A stretch of DNA of 64,000 nt from an uncultured cyanobacterium (GTDB lineage: Bacteria; Cyanobacteriota; Cyanobacteriia; Cyanobacteriales; Nostocaceae), in NCBI GenBank assembly GCA_963706595.1, contig OY970166.1:5312001-5376000 (forward strand), read 5' to 3'. Below the pieces are notes generated by a model. It saw only the letters and a list, made by a program, of their open reading frames with translations. It ran no database searches and had not been told where the DNA came from. The translations under genes were made by a program, and so were the position numbers. Shown piece by piece: positions 36,920-47,126 of the stretch. The stretch's first letter is position 1, and every line of letters starts with the position of its first letter.

Positions 36920-39900
36920 ATGGCTGTTGAAATTCGGCTTGCACCTAATTTTCAAGTCCGTGCTAGGGAAAATGAATATTTGGAATTACCTACTATTCAA
37001 CTGGTGGCGGCTGGGGATAATGTACCTCACATTGCGAGAATTAATTGTATTGTGACTGGAACTCCAGAGGAATTAGCTGTACAAATTAAAAAGGCATATA
37101 AACCTTTTGATTCTGTCACTCCGAAGATTTCCCAAATTGGGCAATTAGAGCAATATCCTTGTAAATTAGAGCGTCCTTTAATTGAACCAATTAACTGCAC
37201 TTTAGAGGTGATTGTTGAATATTTTGATTCTGATGTGTTAGGAGATCCAATTTTATCTGAACCTCGACAAAGCGGGGCTTCATGCTATCTATGGTCGCCC
37301 ATAATTTTTGATGAGGAAACAATTGACAGTGATCCGATTAGCAGTCCTATAGAAATCAGTAAATATATTGAAAAAAAAATCAGCAATAAACCCCAAAAAA
37401 GGTTTCCTGGATGGTTGGCTTTAGATTTTGGTACTTCCAATTCTACAGTGACACTCTTCGACCCGATGGAAGTCCCTATTGCCGAAATTTTACCGAGAGA
37501 ACAAGAAATTCGGTTGCGCGATCGCATGATAGAATGGTTAAGTTCTCCGGCATCGGTAGCTTTACCTGATGTCAATCCTCACGACTGGGACAAGTTTATT
37601 GCTGATATTAGCAAAAACCTGGAAATTGAACCCCATCGTCTGCGAGAAGTTTTTGAAAGTGATCAAAAAGAACGATTTTTAGAAGCGATTCGCCAAGTAG
37701 AATTATGTCTAGGTAACAGCGATAAATTTCGCCGGGCTGCAAGCAAAAAGCTTTACCAAATCTACCATGAAGTTTTTCGTGTCCCCACCTTAGAATCGCA
37801 AAATTTAATCCCCGTCGTCTTAGATATTAATCGCCGGAATACAGAAATACCCAGCGAATTAGAAATTGCTAGTTTGACAGATTTACAACTGCGGATGGGT
37901 AGAGAAGCTAGGGATAATCGCAAAAAAGCGATCGCCCAAGGAACAAGCGTTTCTTTAAAGGAAATTATCAGCCGATTTCACCACTCACCCAAGCGCTATT
38001 TTGGACAGGATCGCACTTTTCCCATAATTTTGGATGGTGAAGAAGAAACAATTAATGTTAACGAACTCATCCAAGCAGCTTGGGCGCATTTAATCGAGTT
38101 AACCGAAGATTACCGCCAACGCGCTAGACGCAGATTTTCAGAAGGAGATTTCCTCACAGCCGTTGTTACCTACCCCACTGTCGCCCCGCCATTAGTGCGT
38201 AAGGAAGTCAAGGAATTAGTCGAACAATTGGGTATTGATGATGTTCAAACAGCTTATGATGAAGCCGTCTCCGTCGCCATCTTCTTTTTATGGCGAGAAT
38301 TTGGCGGAAATCTCAATATTGGGATTGAATCATTTAAAACTCGTTGTCGCCAAGTCGAAAATAAATGGTCACAAAATGTCCTCGTTTTGGATATTGGTGG
38401 GGGAACAACAGACTTAGCTTTAATTGAATTAACTTTGGAAGATAAAACTCCGGCTTTTGCCGATCATGAAGATAGAGGGTTAGGAGGACGTTACTATAAA
38501 CTGACTCCGAAACTATTAGGTTCTTCGGGACATTTACAGCTAGGCGGTGAATTAATTACCCTGAGAATATTTAGATTATTGAAAGTGGCGATCGCTGATT
38601 TTCTCTTAACAGCCATCACCACAGGCGACATCGAAAGCGAAAAGCTAGAAGATTTAATTAACTCGGAATTAAACGAGCGTTTCTTAGAACAAGGAAAATT
38701 CCAAAGCGGCAGTTTATTAAAATGTTTAGATAAAGAAAATCCTGACGGTGATGCTGCTTATAAAGATGCCTTAGATACTGCCGAAAAAGTAATACCTACC
38801 CGATGGCAACAAGCACCCCAAAGGCTACAAACCTTTTATACTCTCTGGGATCATGCCGAAGCCGCTAAACTCAAACTTGGGCAAAAGCCACCAGCAGATC
38901 ATCCGCTTTTAACCTTTACTGTTTCTGAACAACAAATTTCAGAATTACTGACTCAAAGTACCATAAAATTTCAAATCATAAATCCCGATAATATCAGCGT
39001 AATTCTAGACAATCAACAATTTGAACGCGCCGCTGCTTCCACTATTAAAGAAGGAATTGGTATCGCTAAAGGACTAATGGAAAGTCGCTTAGGTTTCCAA
39101 GACCAAAACATAGATTCTTGGAACACACATAAAGTTGATTGGTTGATTTTATCTGGCAAAACTTGTAACCTAGATTTAGTACAACGCCAAATTTACCAAG
39201 AATTTAGTAACTCGCCTTATTTCGTCTGGAACCCAGAACGAATTACCTTTGTTTTGGAATTTACTAAATTAGCCACCTCAGCCGGTGCTTGCTACGCTGA
39301 GAAACTCCGCAGACTCAGGTTTGATCCAGAAGAGTCTAAAGAATTACTCCGCAAAGGCGCAAATCAGTTAGAAATAGATGTAAAAAACCTCTTTTATTAT
39401 CTACCTTGTAACTTCAAACGCAAAACCCAAAGTAACGAACTTTTACCCATATTCAAAGCCGGACAAGAACTATATCAAATCACGCCTTCAGAAACATCTG
39501 CCAAAGTGCGTACAGACTGGCAAGGGATACAATTAACTAATATTATTTACCGCCAAGATTACGAAGAAGGAGACTTACGACTCTGGGGTAGTTTCGATGG
39601 CAAAAACCTGATGAAGAAACTAGGAATGCCAGAAACCGAGTTTCTCAAAAAAATGAAAGTCCAGTTTGAAATTGACCAAACCTTGCAATTTAATGTCTTA
39701 CTTTGTCAAGGAAATCCCCATTATTTAATTGACATTCCTGGTATTGATGTGGGTGCAGCCCTATTAGCAGCTTCTGAAACATCAACACTATTTGCTGATG
39801 GTAAATTGAAATGGAATATTGCCGTAGAACGTCAGCATCAAAACTTAAATGATGGTGATATTGCTGTTAATGTGATTGAATCTGCAACTGTAGATCAACC

Positions 39901-40324
39901 AAATGCTTATCATTTAGTTTTTGAGGTAGACAAAGATGATAGTAAATTCCTCAGAGAATTTCACTATTTACACAATAGCGAACAGCAACCAGAAAACGGT
40001 TTAGTCAGTAATCCTTTGCCTCCCTTTCCTCAAACAAGTCAACACACTTTTTATATTTATCAAATAGATACCACCACTAACACCAAAAAATGGATCAGAA
40101 TTGGCGCATTGAGTAAACCAGATATCAGCACAGATTACCCTTGCAAATATTGTGTAACTCTCGATAACAAAGGGATTCTCAGAATGCACGCCGGCGAAGT
40201 TCCCTATTGGACATCCACAAGCCAAGAATGTCTCAAACAAGCCGGATGTGTTTATCGGGCTGAACTAGAACTGCAACCCAACGAAGTTGATAAAGAACGC
40301 GATCCCTTTTGCGGTATACATTAA
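36920..40324 (+). CDS. Large Hsp70/actin-fold ATPase (SrfB-like), 1134 aa
   Basis: LALDFGTSNS, VVTYP, DEAVSVA, VLDIGGGTTDLA, SSGHLQLGGE, AEAAKLKL, LILSG, LATSAGA in Hsp70 order; strong RBS AAGGAG. Confidence 0.85.
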   Translation: MAVEIRLAPNFQVRARENEYLELPTIQLVAAGDNVPHIARINCIVTGTPEELAVQIKKAYKPFDSVTPKISQIGQLEQYPCKLERPLIEPINCTLEVIVEYFDSDVLGDPILSEPRQSGASCYLWSPIIFDEETIDSDPISSPIEISKYIEKKISNKPQKRFPGWLALDFGTSNSTVTLFDPMEVPIAEILPREQEIRLRDRMIEWLSSPASVALPDVNPHDWDKFIADISKNLEIEPHRLREVFESDQKERFLEAIRQVELCLGNSDKFRRAASKKLYQIYHEVFRVPTLESQNLIPVVLDINRRNTEIPSELEIASLTDLQLRMGREARDNRKKAIAQGTSVSLKEIISRFHHSPKRYFGQDRTFPIILDGEEETINVNELIQAAWAHLIELTEDYRQRARRRFSEGDFLTAVVTYPTVAPPLVRKEVKELVEQLGIDDVQTAYDEAVSVAIFFLWREFGGNLNIGIESFKTRCRQVENKWSQNVLVLDIGGGTTDLALIELTLEDKTPAFADHEDRGLGGRYYKLTPKLLGSSGHLQLGGELITLRIFRLLKVAIADFLLTAITTGDIESEKLEDLINSELNERFLEQGKFQSGSLLKCLDKENPDGDAAYKDALDTAEKVIPTRWQQAPQRLQTFYTLWDHAEAAKLKLGQKPPADHPLLTFTVSEQQISELLTQSTIKFQIINPDNISVILDNQQFERAAASTIKEGIGIAKGLMESRLGFQDQNIDSWNTHKVDWLILSGKTCNLDLVQRQIYQEFSNSPYFVWNPERITFVLEFTKLATSAGACYAEKLRRLRFDPEESKELLRKGANQLEIDVKNLFYYLPCNFKRKTQSNELLPIFKAGQELYQITPSETSAKVRTDWQGIQLTNIIYRQDYEEGDLRLWGSFDGKNLMKKLGMPETEFLKKMKVQFEIDQTLQFNVLLCQGNPHYLIDIPGIDVGAALLAASETSTLFADGKLKWNIAVERQHQNLNDGDIAVNVIESATVDQPNAYHLVFEVDKDDSKFLREFHYLHNSEQQPENGLVSNPLPPFPQTSQHTFYIYQIDTTTNTKKWIRIGALSKPDISTDYPCKYCVTLDNKGILRMHAGEVPYWTSTSQECLKQAGCVYRAELELQPNEVDKERDPFCGIH

Positions 40325-40341
40325 ACATCTCCAGAAAAGAA

Positions 40342-40371
40342 TGTAGAGACGTTCCATGGAACGTCTCTACA
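40342..40371. repeat. REP-like palindrome TGTAGAGACGTTCCATGGAACGTCTCTACA
   Basis: Perfect inverted repeat; related degenerate copy near 44813. Confidence 0.75.
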
Positions 40372-40606
40372 ACAGTTATAGGAAACGCACATTTAATTCT
40401 TACCAAATGTCTATTAAACATTTCTTCCTTCTTTTCCTTCTTCTTCCTCCCTTTGCGTCCTTGGCGTACTACAGCCCTTACGGGCATCGCTGCGCGCGGG
40501 CGGTTCGTTAAAAAATTGACTTTCACAAAAAGTTTTAACCTAACTGAACCGTCTTAACCTTTAGCATCTGGGGCTGGAGAAAAAATCAATTTTATAATTA
40601 ATATTC

Positions 40607-41716
40607 ATGCACCAATTAAGTCAATTATTAGAAATAGAAAACTCCGAATTAGCCAAAGTCCTAAAATTCAGTTTGTACGGACTAGAAGCCACCTTAAATA
40701 AAGCCCGCGCCGAATTTCCCCTCGATCCGGGAACGGAGATATGCGATGATATCCTCAAAGAAATCTCCAGCTTATTGCAACCACCCCCAGATGCTATTCC
40801 CGAAGAAACCTTACTCCTGATATCGCCCCCAGACGAGTTAAAATTGATTCATCTGCGATCAGCCTTTGCGAATGACGCTGAACTGAGCGTATATTTAGGC
40901 AATTCGTCACTACAAAGCCAAACCGATGCTGATTTATGGCCTGAAATTCACCGAAAACTGCTGCGAGTTCCAGAAAATATCGCCACAGCTTGGCGACAAC
41001 GGGCTTTAGAATTCGCTCAAGAAATTGGTGCTGTAGCAGATAATGTGCATCTGCGTCAACTTCCCTTCAGCAGAGATGAAATTATTTACCCCGGACTTAA
41101 CGGTGCTGTCAAGGTTCCAGGATTATGTTTATCGGAAAAAGCCCTACTAAATTCTGGAATTAACCCAGTGACAGAATATGGAAATTTATATTATCTGGCT
41201 GGCTTTGTGCAACTACTCCAGAAATTTATCGCAATAGATCCAGATTTACATCATGCCTTAAAAAGCTTGTTCAGCTTCGATATTATCTCTTTACAGTCCC
41301 AGCCAGAACAACGCACTCAATATATGAATACTTTAAGCGATCGCTGGCATCGCGTGCAACAAGCCGAATCAAATTCTGATCAATTATTAAGTTTGCGTGC
41401 ATGGATAGACATAGATGAAGCCATACACTCCCTAGTATTTATCCCCCCAGTTGAGCGTTATTCGTGGTGGGGTAACTTGCAGCAGGAATCACGGCGCGTT
41501 TTGAAAAAAATGGCTCAAACGGCGATTAACATGGGTTATGACGTGAAAATTCGCCAATTATCTGGACTCTACGCTGATGTCTGCACCTTCTCAAAAGATG
41601 ACCTCCAACTCAACTGCGGCGGTGTTCCTGGGGAAGTTTTAACTTGTCTGCGGGTGTATGCGCGAATTAATCAAGAAGAAACTCCAGGCCGCGTAATTTT
41701 TCGCTCATTACGTTAA
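40607..41716 (+). CDS. Hypothetical protein with a GrpE-like C-terminus
   Basis: Helical body; C-terminal PGEVLTCLRVYARINQEETPGRVIF resembles the GrpE beta-domain pattern. Confidence 0.6.
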   Translation: MHQLSQLLEIENSELAKVLKFSLYGLEATLNKARAEFPLDPGTEICDDILKEISSLLQPPPDAIPEETLLLISPPDELKLIHLRSAFANDAELSVYLGNSSLQSQTDADLWPEIHRKLLRVPENIATAWRQRALEFAQEIGAVADNVHLRQLPFSRDEIIYPGLNGAVKVPGLCLSEKALLNSGINPVTEYGNLYYLAGFVQLLQKFIAIDPDLHHALKSLFSFDIISLQSQPEQRTQYMNTLSDRWHRVQQAESNSDQLLSLRAWIDIDEAIHSLVFIPPVERYSWWGNLQQESRRVLKKMAQTAINMGYDVKIRQLSGLYADVCTFSKDDLQLNCGGVPGEVLTCLRVYARINQEETPGRVIFRSLR

Positions 41717-41824
41717 AGGCCGCATTTTTGAGCATTTATCCCTAGAAATAAGTTTTCACCGCATCTGGAAAACCTCGCTTCCATTCCTTAATTACCCCAC
41801 CCTAACCCGGACCGGGGAAAGGGG

Positions 41825-41986
41825 CTACGGTGTACACACAAATCATTAAATTACTCCAAATCTTTTTTAGTAGGGTGTGTTGTCGCGTAGCGCAACGCAC
41901 CATCCTAGATTTTCGGTGCGTTAGGACTAACGTCCATAACACACCCTACCCAAATCAAGGTTTTTAGACTTGTGTGTACACGTTAG
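41825..41986. mobile_element. MITE of the CTACGGTGTACACAC family with different internal cargo (GTAGGGTGTGTT...ACACCCTAC hairpin)
   Basis: TIRs CTACGGTGTACACACAA / TTGTGTGTACACGTTAG; GGAAAGGGG on both flanks. Confidence 0.75.
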
Positions 41987-42778
41987 TTGGAAAGGGGAGG
42001 GGACTAGATTTTCCGGTTTCCCCTCTTTCTAAGGGGGGTAAATTTCGTTGTGGTTTTTCCATATCCCGTGAAAACTCAGATCCCTACAAGAATTCATTTA
42101 GATGAAGTACAGATAAATATGTGTTCATCTATGTTTATTTGTCTTCATCTGTAGTTCATTGTTTTTTACTCTACTACACTCATTTGACAAATTATGTATG
42201 TATTTCAAATCTGGTAGCGCCTGCTCAAAACTCTATTAGCAATGGAAAAAGTGATGATGACTGCGATTACTAGATAGAATAACTTCTGTGTAAATTGCTT
42301 TTCTAAAATAAAATTATATTCGTAATATTTACGGTTTAAAAATTCCCAGCGTAACACTATTCTATTAATGTTCAAGGAGCATTTTTCATATTATTTTATA
42401 CCTTAACTTATCAAATGTCTAGCCTGAATCCTCCTTGAGAAATATTACGTTGTTTCAGTTGCCACACAGGCAACAAATACCGTTTATTTAAAGATAAATT
42501 ATTTCTTCTTCAGAGCTAGCTATTATCCGGAAGTTTCCCAAAAATGGTCGGAAACTTTTTACTCAAAGTCACCTTTTTTACCTCTTGTGATTAAATCTTT
42601 TTTCAATGAGTAATTACGAGGTTCTTATTGTATTAGTCCTGCCTTAATCTCTCCGGATTATTGCAGGTTCTTAAGAAAGATATGACTAATGGATGATTTT
42701 TACAAAGGGGTGCTAGGGAAAAGCGTCATCTTTAATACTTTTCAAACATTCTTTAATAAATAGATAAAGGATATTCTG

Positions 42779-44119
42779 ATGGATAGGATACAAAAAATAA
42801 CCAATAATGGTGGTAATTTTAAATTTATTAGTGTTAAATATCTATATGGAAAAGTAGGGATAACCTTGCTAACTTTCCTGCTACTGCTAACAGCTATTTC
42901 CATAAAGCCTGTATTTGCTGAGGATAAAGCAGATCATAAAGTTATTGGGGAAAATCAATCAAATCAGTTGACTTCTGCTCAAATTCTTGTACAATCTATA
43001 GTAGATAAACTGAATTCAGCGTCAAATATCAGCCTGCGACAGAAATTGTTAGCATCTAAAAAACGCCATACTTCTGCTGAATTGCAGCCAAGTAATAATG
43101 GTGATTTTAGTGTTAAGCTTAAACCTGAAACATTCACAAAGTTTTTTTCTCCAGAAAATCCTTTGCTGGCATCTGAAAATGTATTAGAAACCAATACTAC
43201 TGTAACTCAAAACTTATTGGCTTCTAAAAATAATCAGGTTGATTTGCCAATACAAGAGCAAAGTAATTTAGGGGAGCAAAAACAAGCTGAAACCATCGAA
43301 AAATTAGAGTCTTCAACGTCTGTGGAAGTCGCCTTTGGCGATAGTGATAAATTACGCCAAGAACTATTAATTGATCCTATCATTAAGCCCCAACCACAGG
43401 TAATTAAACGTAGAGGACAAAGAGTTTACCCTGCTTCAACAGCTGGTACTCCCTCTGGCTATGGAGCAAGTCAGGGACAAGCCTATTTTGGAGTCGGTTT
43501 AGTTCTGCCTTTAGATGAAGATTCTGAGGGCTTTCGAGATGGCTCTTACTCTACTGGTTTTGGGTTGGGAAATCCGCGTAAATCTGTAGGTTTGGAAGTC
43601 AATGTCAACATTGCCAGTTCAGGTGGAACCTACTTACAAGGTGGCAGGTTTGATGTTGCTGATAGCGGCTATTTAGGTTTCAAGCTACACAGGTACTTTC
43701 CTGATGGCACAGCAGTAGCTGTGGGTTGGACAAATCCTGTCAAATGGGGAGAATCTTCCGAAAATAAAAATACTCTGTATGGAGTAGTTACTAGAGCATT
43801 TGCACTGCAACCAAATAACCCCAATCATAGATTACCTTTAACTATTTCTTTGGGTTATGGTAACGGTGGTTTTCGGACTGTAGGTACAAGAGAAACAGAC
43901 GAAAATAATGCTAATATTTTCGGCAGTTTAGCTTTAAGAGTCATACCTCAAGCATCCCTCATAAGTAGCTGGACAGGAAATAGCCTCAATATAGGTTCGT
44001 CTATTGCTCCTTTCAAGAATACACCTATCGTGGTCAATGCAATTTTCACAGACTTGACTCGAAATTTTGATAGAGGTGTAGGTTTTTCCCTCAGTGCAGG
44101 GTATGTTTTTCAGTTTTAA
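42779..44119 (+). CDS. Secreted protein with putative outer-membrane beta-barrel C-terminus
   Basis: Signal-like hydrophobic segment, low-complexity linker, amphipathic beta strands, terminal GYVFQF. Confidence 0.65.
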   Translation: MDRIQKITNNGGNFKFISVKYLYGKVGITLLTFLLLLTAISIKPVFAEDKADHKVIGENQSNQLTSAQILVQSIVDKLNSASNISLRQKLLASKKRHTSAELQPSNNGDFSVKLKPETFTKFFSPENPLLASENVLETNTTVTQNLLASKNNQVDLPIQEQSNLGEQKQAETIEKLESSTSVEVAFGDSDKLRQELLIDPIIKPQPQVIKRRGQRVYPASTAGTPSGYGASQGQAYFGVGLVLPLDEDSEGFRDGSYSTGFGLGNPRKSVGLEVNVNIASSGGTYLQGGRFDVADSGYLGFKLHRYFPDGTAVAVGWTNPVKWGESSENKNTLYGVVTRAFALQPNNPNHRLPLTISLGYGNGGFRTVGTRETDENNANIFGSLALRVIPQASLISSWTGNSLNIGSSIAPFKNTPIVVNAIFTDLTRNFDRGVGFSLSAGYVFQF

Positions 44120-44158
44120 CTGTTCAATCACTATCAAATTTAATCAACAATAAAAACA

Positions 44159-44782
44159 ATGAAGAAACAACCATTGGTTCTCTCTTTCGCTTTAGCATTT
44201 TCTGTTTTGACTTCTGTATTAGGTGCGTCTAATAGTGCATACGCTGGTAAATATGTCGTCCCAGGAACTAGCCCAGAGTCTTATACTGGAGATAAGTCAG
44301 TTGTACCAGGAACTAGCTCAGATTCTTCTTTTGTTGGAGACAGTTTTGCAGCTGCTGATAATGCTGATGTGCAAATTGCAGAAGTTGTTGATGATAAAGT
44401 AATTCTGAGCCTCAAAGAAGAGCGTCAGGCTAAGTTAAACGAAGTTATTGCTAAAATAGCCGCTCAATATGATCATCCTTCTATTCAGGCTTTCTTAAAC
44501 GGTCAAGAAAATTCAGTAGAAGCTTCTAAAGCACTGAAAAATGCCATACTTAGTTTAGATGTTTCACCAGCTAAGGCAGAAGCACTGGTCAATGCTTTAA
44601 GCAAATTGATTGGAGACACAAAAAATGTGGATATCAATCACTTAAATGATGCTGTTACTGCATACAATGACATATTGAATGAAAGCAGTCCCGAAGTTAT
44701 TCTACAACTGGCAAAAAATGCAGAATCTACGGCCATTAGTAGTGTGCTGAAGGAATTAAGAGTGGCTCTGAACAAAAATTAA
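44159..44782 (+). CDS. Secreted helical hypothetical protein
   Basis: Signal peptide ending AYA; duplicated VVPGTS motif; helical C-terminus. Confidence 0.7.
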   Translation: MKKQPLVLSFALAFSVLTSVLGASNSAYAGKYVVPGTSPESYTGDKSVVPGTSSDSSFVGDSFAAADNADVQIAEVVDDKVILSLKEERQAKLNEVIAKIAAQYDHPSIQAFLNGQENSVEASKALKNAILSLDVSPAKAEALVNALSKLIGDTKNVDINHLNDAVTAYNDILNESSPEVILQLAKNAESTAISSVLKELRVALNKN

Positions 44783-44988
44783 AAACTCGGCGTTGCTCAA
44801 AGCAAGTATGAATGTAGAGATGTTCTCTAGAACGTCTTTATAGGGATTTTGACCTGATCAAAACCGTGTTCATACTTCAAATCAGCAAAGCCAAAAAATC
44901 GGCGGTGTTCCCATATAATCACTATCTCTGCGAGACGCTGCGCGAGTTAGGGGTGTCCGGAATATTCCGCCGATTTAGCCATGAGTTA

Positions 44989-46290
44989 TCAAGTTCTGTA
45001 ACGCCTGCTAAACAGCATATTCGCAATGAAAAAAGTAATCAGAATTGCGATCGCTAGATAAACTAAATTCTGTGTAAGATGATATGTGACGATGGTTGAT
45101 ATGGTGATTATCAACGCGACAATAAGAGTAGAAAAGCCTGTAGTTAGTCTACCAATTGAGCCAAAAATCGGAATAAAATCCAAAATCACATTCATTGGTT
45201 CAGCTATCAGTCTTAAACCCAACCAGATAAAAATTAAACTCAAAAATCTTAATCCCCAAGTAAACAGATGGTCTTCCCGTTTAACTCTATCCAGTGCTTG
45301 TGATTCAGTACCGGTAAATAGTCGATAGAGACGATGATTATTTCTATGGACATAGGGAACAATGAGATTATTTTCTGCTAATTTACCAATAACTGTCACA
45401 TTAGTATTAGCATTAAAAACTGCATATCTCATGCGTAAATCACCAACATTTGGACTTGCTAGAGTCCCAGAACCTTTATATAGATAATTACCAACATTGG
45501 TAACGCCTGCTGTAGAGATGAGGTTTTGCTGAGATAATTGTAATGGTGTCGGTGTTGGTAATTCTACGTGGGTAAAGCCTGCTGGAGGTCTTATACTTTG
45601 CAGAGATAATTGTAACTTACCAGTGAATTTCGTCCCATAGGCTTCATTTACACTGTTGCTAGTAGGAAGAGCAAAACTGGACATATCTAAATCAGAAACT
45701 CCAATCTTAGCCTCGTTAACTTTGTATGCTGCATTCTCAACAGTTGGACTAGGATTTTGATGCTTTTGCGGGTAAACAAAAGAGGCTGATTTTGTACTTC
45801 TAGATATTACATTGGTATTGCCGTGTACTGATATGTTTTTATTGAAATCGTCTAATGCTACCCAGCGTTTTTGATAAGTAGTAGTGATTTTTTGGTTTTG
45901 AGAACCACCAACATTTGTTGTAGCGTCTTTTGCTTGTTCTTCCTCCCAGCTATAAATATCCACACCTCTGGCGATCGCTATATATTCTCCTGGCTGAATA
46001 AATAAATTATCCCCCAAAGTTTGATTAGTGGTAATAACTCCACTGGTGATCACTAATTTACCAATATGTTGGTTATTGGCGACATCTGAAGAAATTGGTA
46101 TGGCTTGCTGTGCAACTTGATTAACAATTGTTTGTCCTTCATTCCAAATCAGAATACAAAAACAAATTATGATTAGTAAAAAACCCAGACCTATACCTTG
46201 AATTGCTTCCTTAATTCTAGTGAACCAGCTAACTTCTCTGTATTCTACATATTGATCAAAATCACCTTCTTCTTCATGGTAATTAGACAT
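44989..46290 (-). CDS. TMEM43 (DUF1625/LUMA) family membrane protein
   Basis: N-terminal TM followed by WNEG, YSWEE, PNVGDLRMRY, VTVIGK; three C-terminal TM helices. Confidence 0.8.
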   Translation of the reverse strand: MSNYHEEEGDFDQYVEYREVSWFTRIKEAIQGIGLGFLLIIICFCILIWNEGQTIVNQVAQQAIPISSDVANNQHIGKLVITSGVITTNQTLGDNLFIQPGEYIAIARGVDIYSWEEEQAKDATTNVGGSQNQKITTTYQKRWVALDDFNKNISVHGNTNVISRSTKSASFVYPQKHQNPSPTVENAAYKVNEAKIGVSDLDMSSFALPTSNSVNEAYGTKFTGKLQLSLQSIRPPAGFTHVELPTPTPLQLSQQNLISTAGVTNVGNYLYKGSGTLASPNVGDLRMRYAVFNANTNVTVIGKLAENNLIVPYVHRNNHRLYRLFTGTESQALDRVKREDHLFTWGLRFLSLIFIWLGLRLIAEPMNVILDFIPIFGSIGRLTTGFSTLIVALIITISTIVTYHLTQNLVYLAIAILITFFIANMLFSRRYRT

Positions 46291-46379
46291 GGAGAATTCC
46301 CCCGATTAACGAATTAACAACTTACACTTCACAGGAAATACTAAACCCAATTTATTGGTTGCAGATATTCCAACTTAAT

Positions 46380-46522
46380 TAGGACTTACGCAGAATCTGT
46401 GTTTTCTTGGCGTTCTTCTCCCAAAGGGAGACGCTACGCGGTAAGCGTAGCTATGCCGAAGGCTTTAGGCGACTTGGCGGTTCAATAAATCAAGATTCTT
46501 GGCAATTTTTGCGTAAGTCCTG
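46380..46522. mobile_element. MITE with AGGACTTACGCA / TGCGTAAGTCCT ends and nested small hairpin repeats
   Basis: Perfect 12-bp TIRs; a lone left end of the same type at 25933-25945. Confidence 0.75.
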
Positions 46523-47126
46523 TTAATTATTGAAACTTGTTCAGTAATATCTAGCTACAAGCCCGAAACGAGTATTTTCGTTAATTTACACAACCAAAAA
46601 TTTGGACAGTACGTAATACCAATTTTATATAAAGATGCATAAAAAGAACCCCTCCCTAACCCTCCCCGCAAGCGAGGAGGGAACCGGATTTTTACGGGTT
46701 AGGAGTAAGGGGTGGAGTAAAAATAATATGCAGCCTCACATAAAATTGGTATAAGCCCAATAACTCTATATTTCCCAAAAACCACAAAAAAACAAACATC
46801 TCGACTAGAATCACGCCGTCAAATCCCAGAAATTGCATCTGTGTTCATCCCTGTACCCTGCGGGTTCACCTTTGGCGTTCTTGTAGAGTAGCCACGAGTC
46901 TGCATCTGTGGTTCAAATTTCTGATCTTTCTTCTCTTCGCGCCCTTTGCGGTATGCGCTGCGCGCACGCTACGCGAACGTTTAAAAAAAGCCCAACTAAA
47001 TATTCCAAACTAGGCGCGACCAAAGTAAAAACCGTAATTTCAGGAAGTGCAAAAAATATCTAAATCTGATATTAAAAGATATTTCTACATTTATTTAATC
47101 ATAAAAAATCTCCTATATTTATGGAC

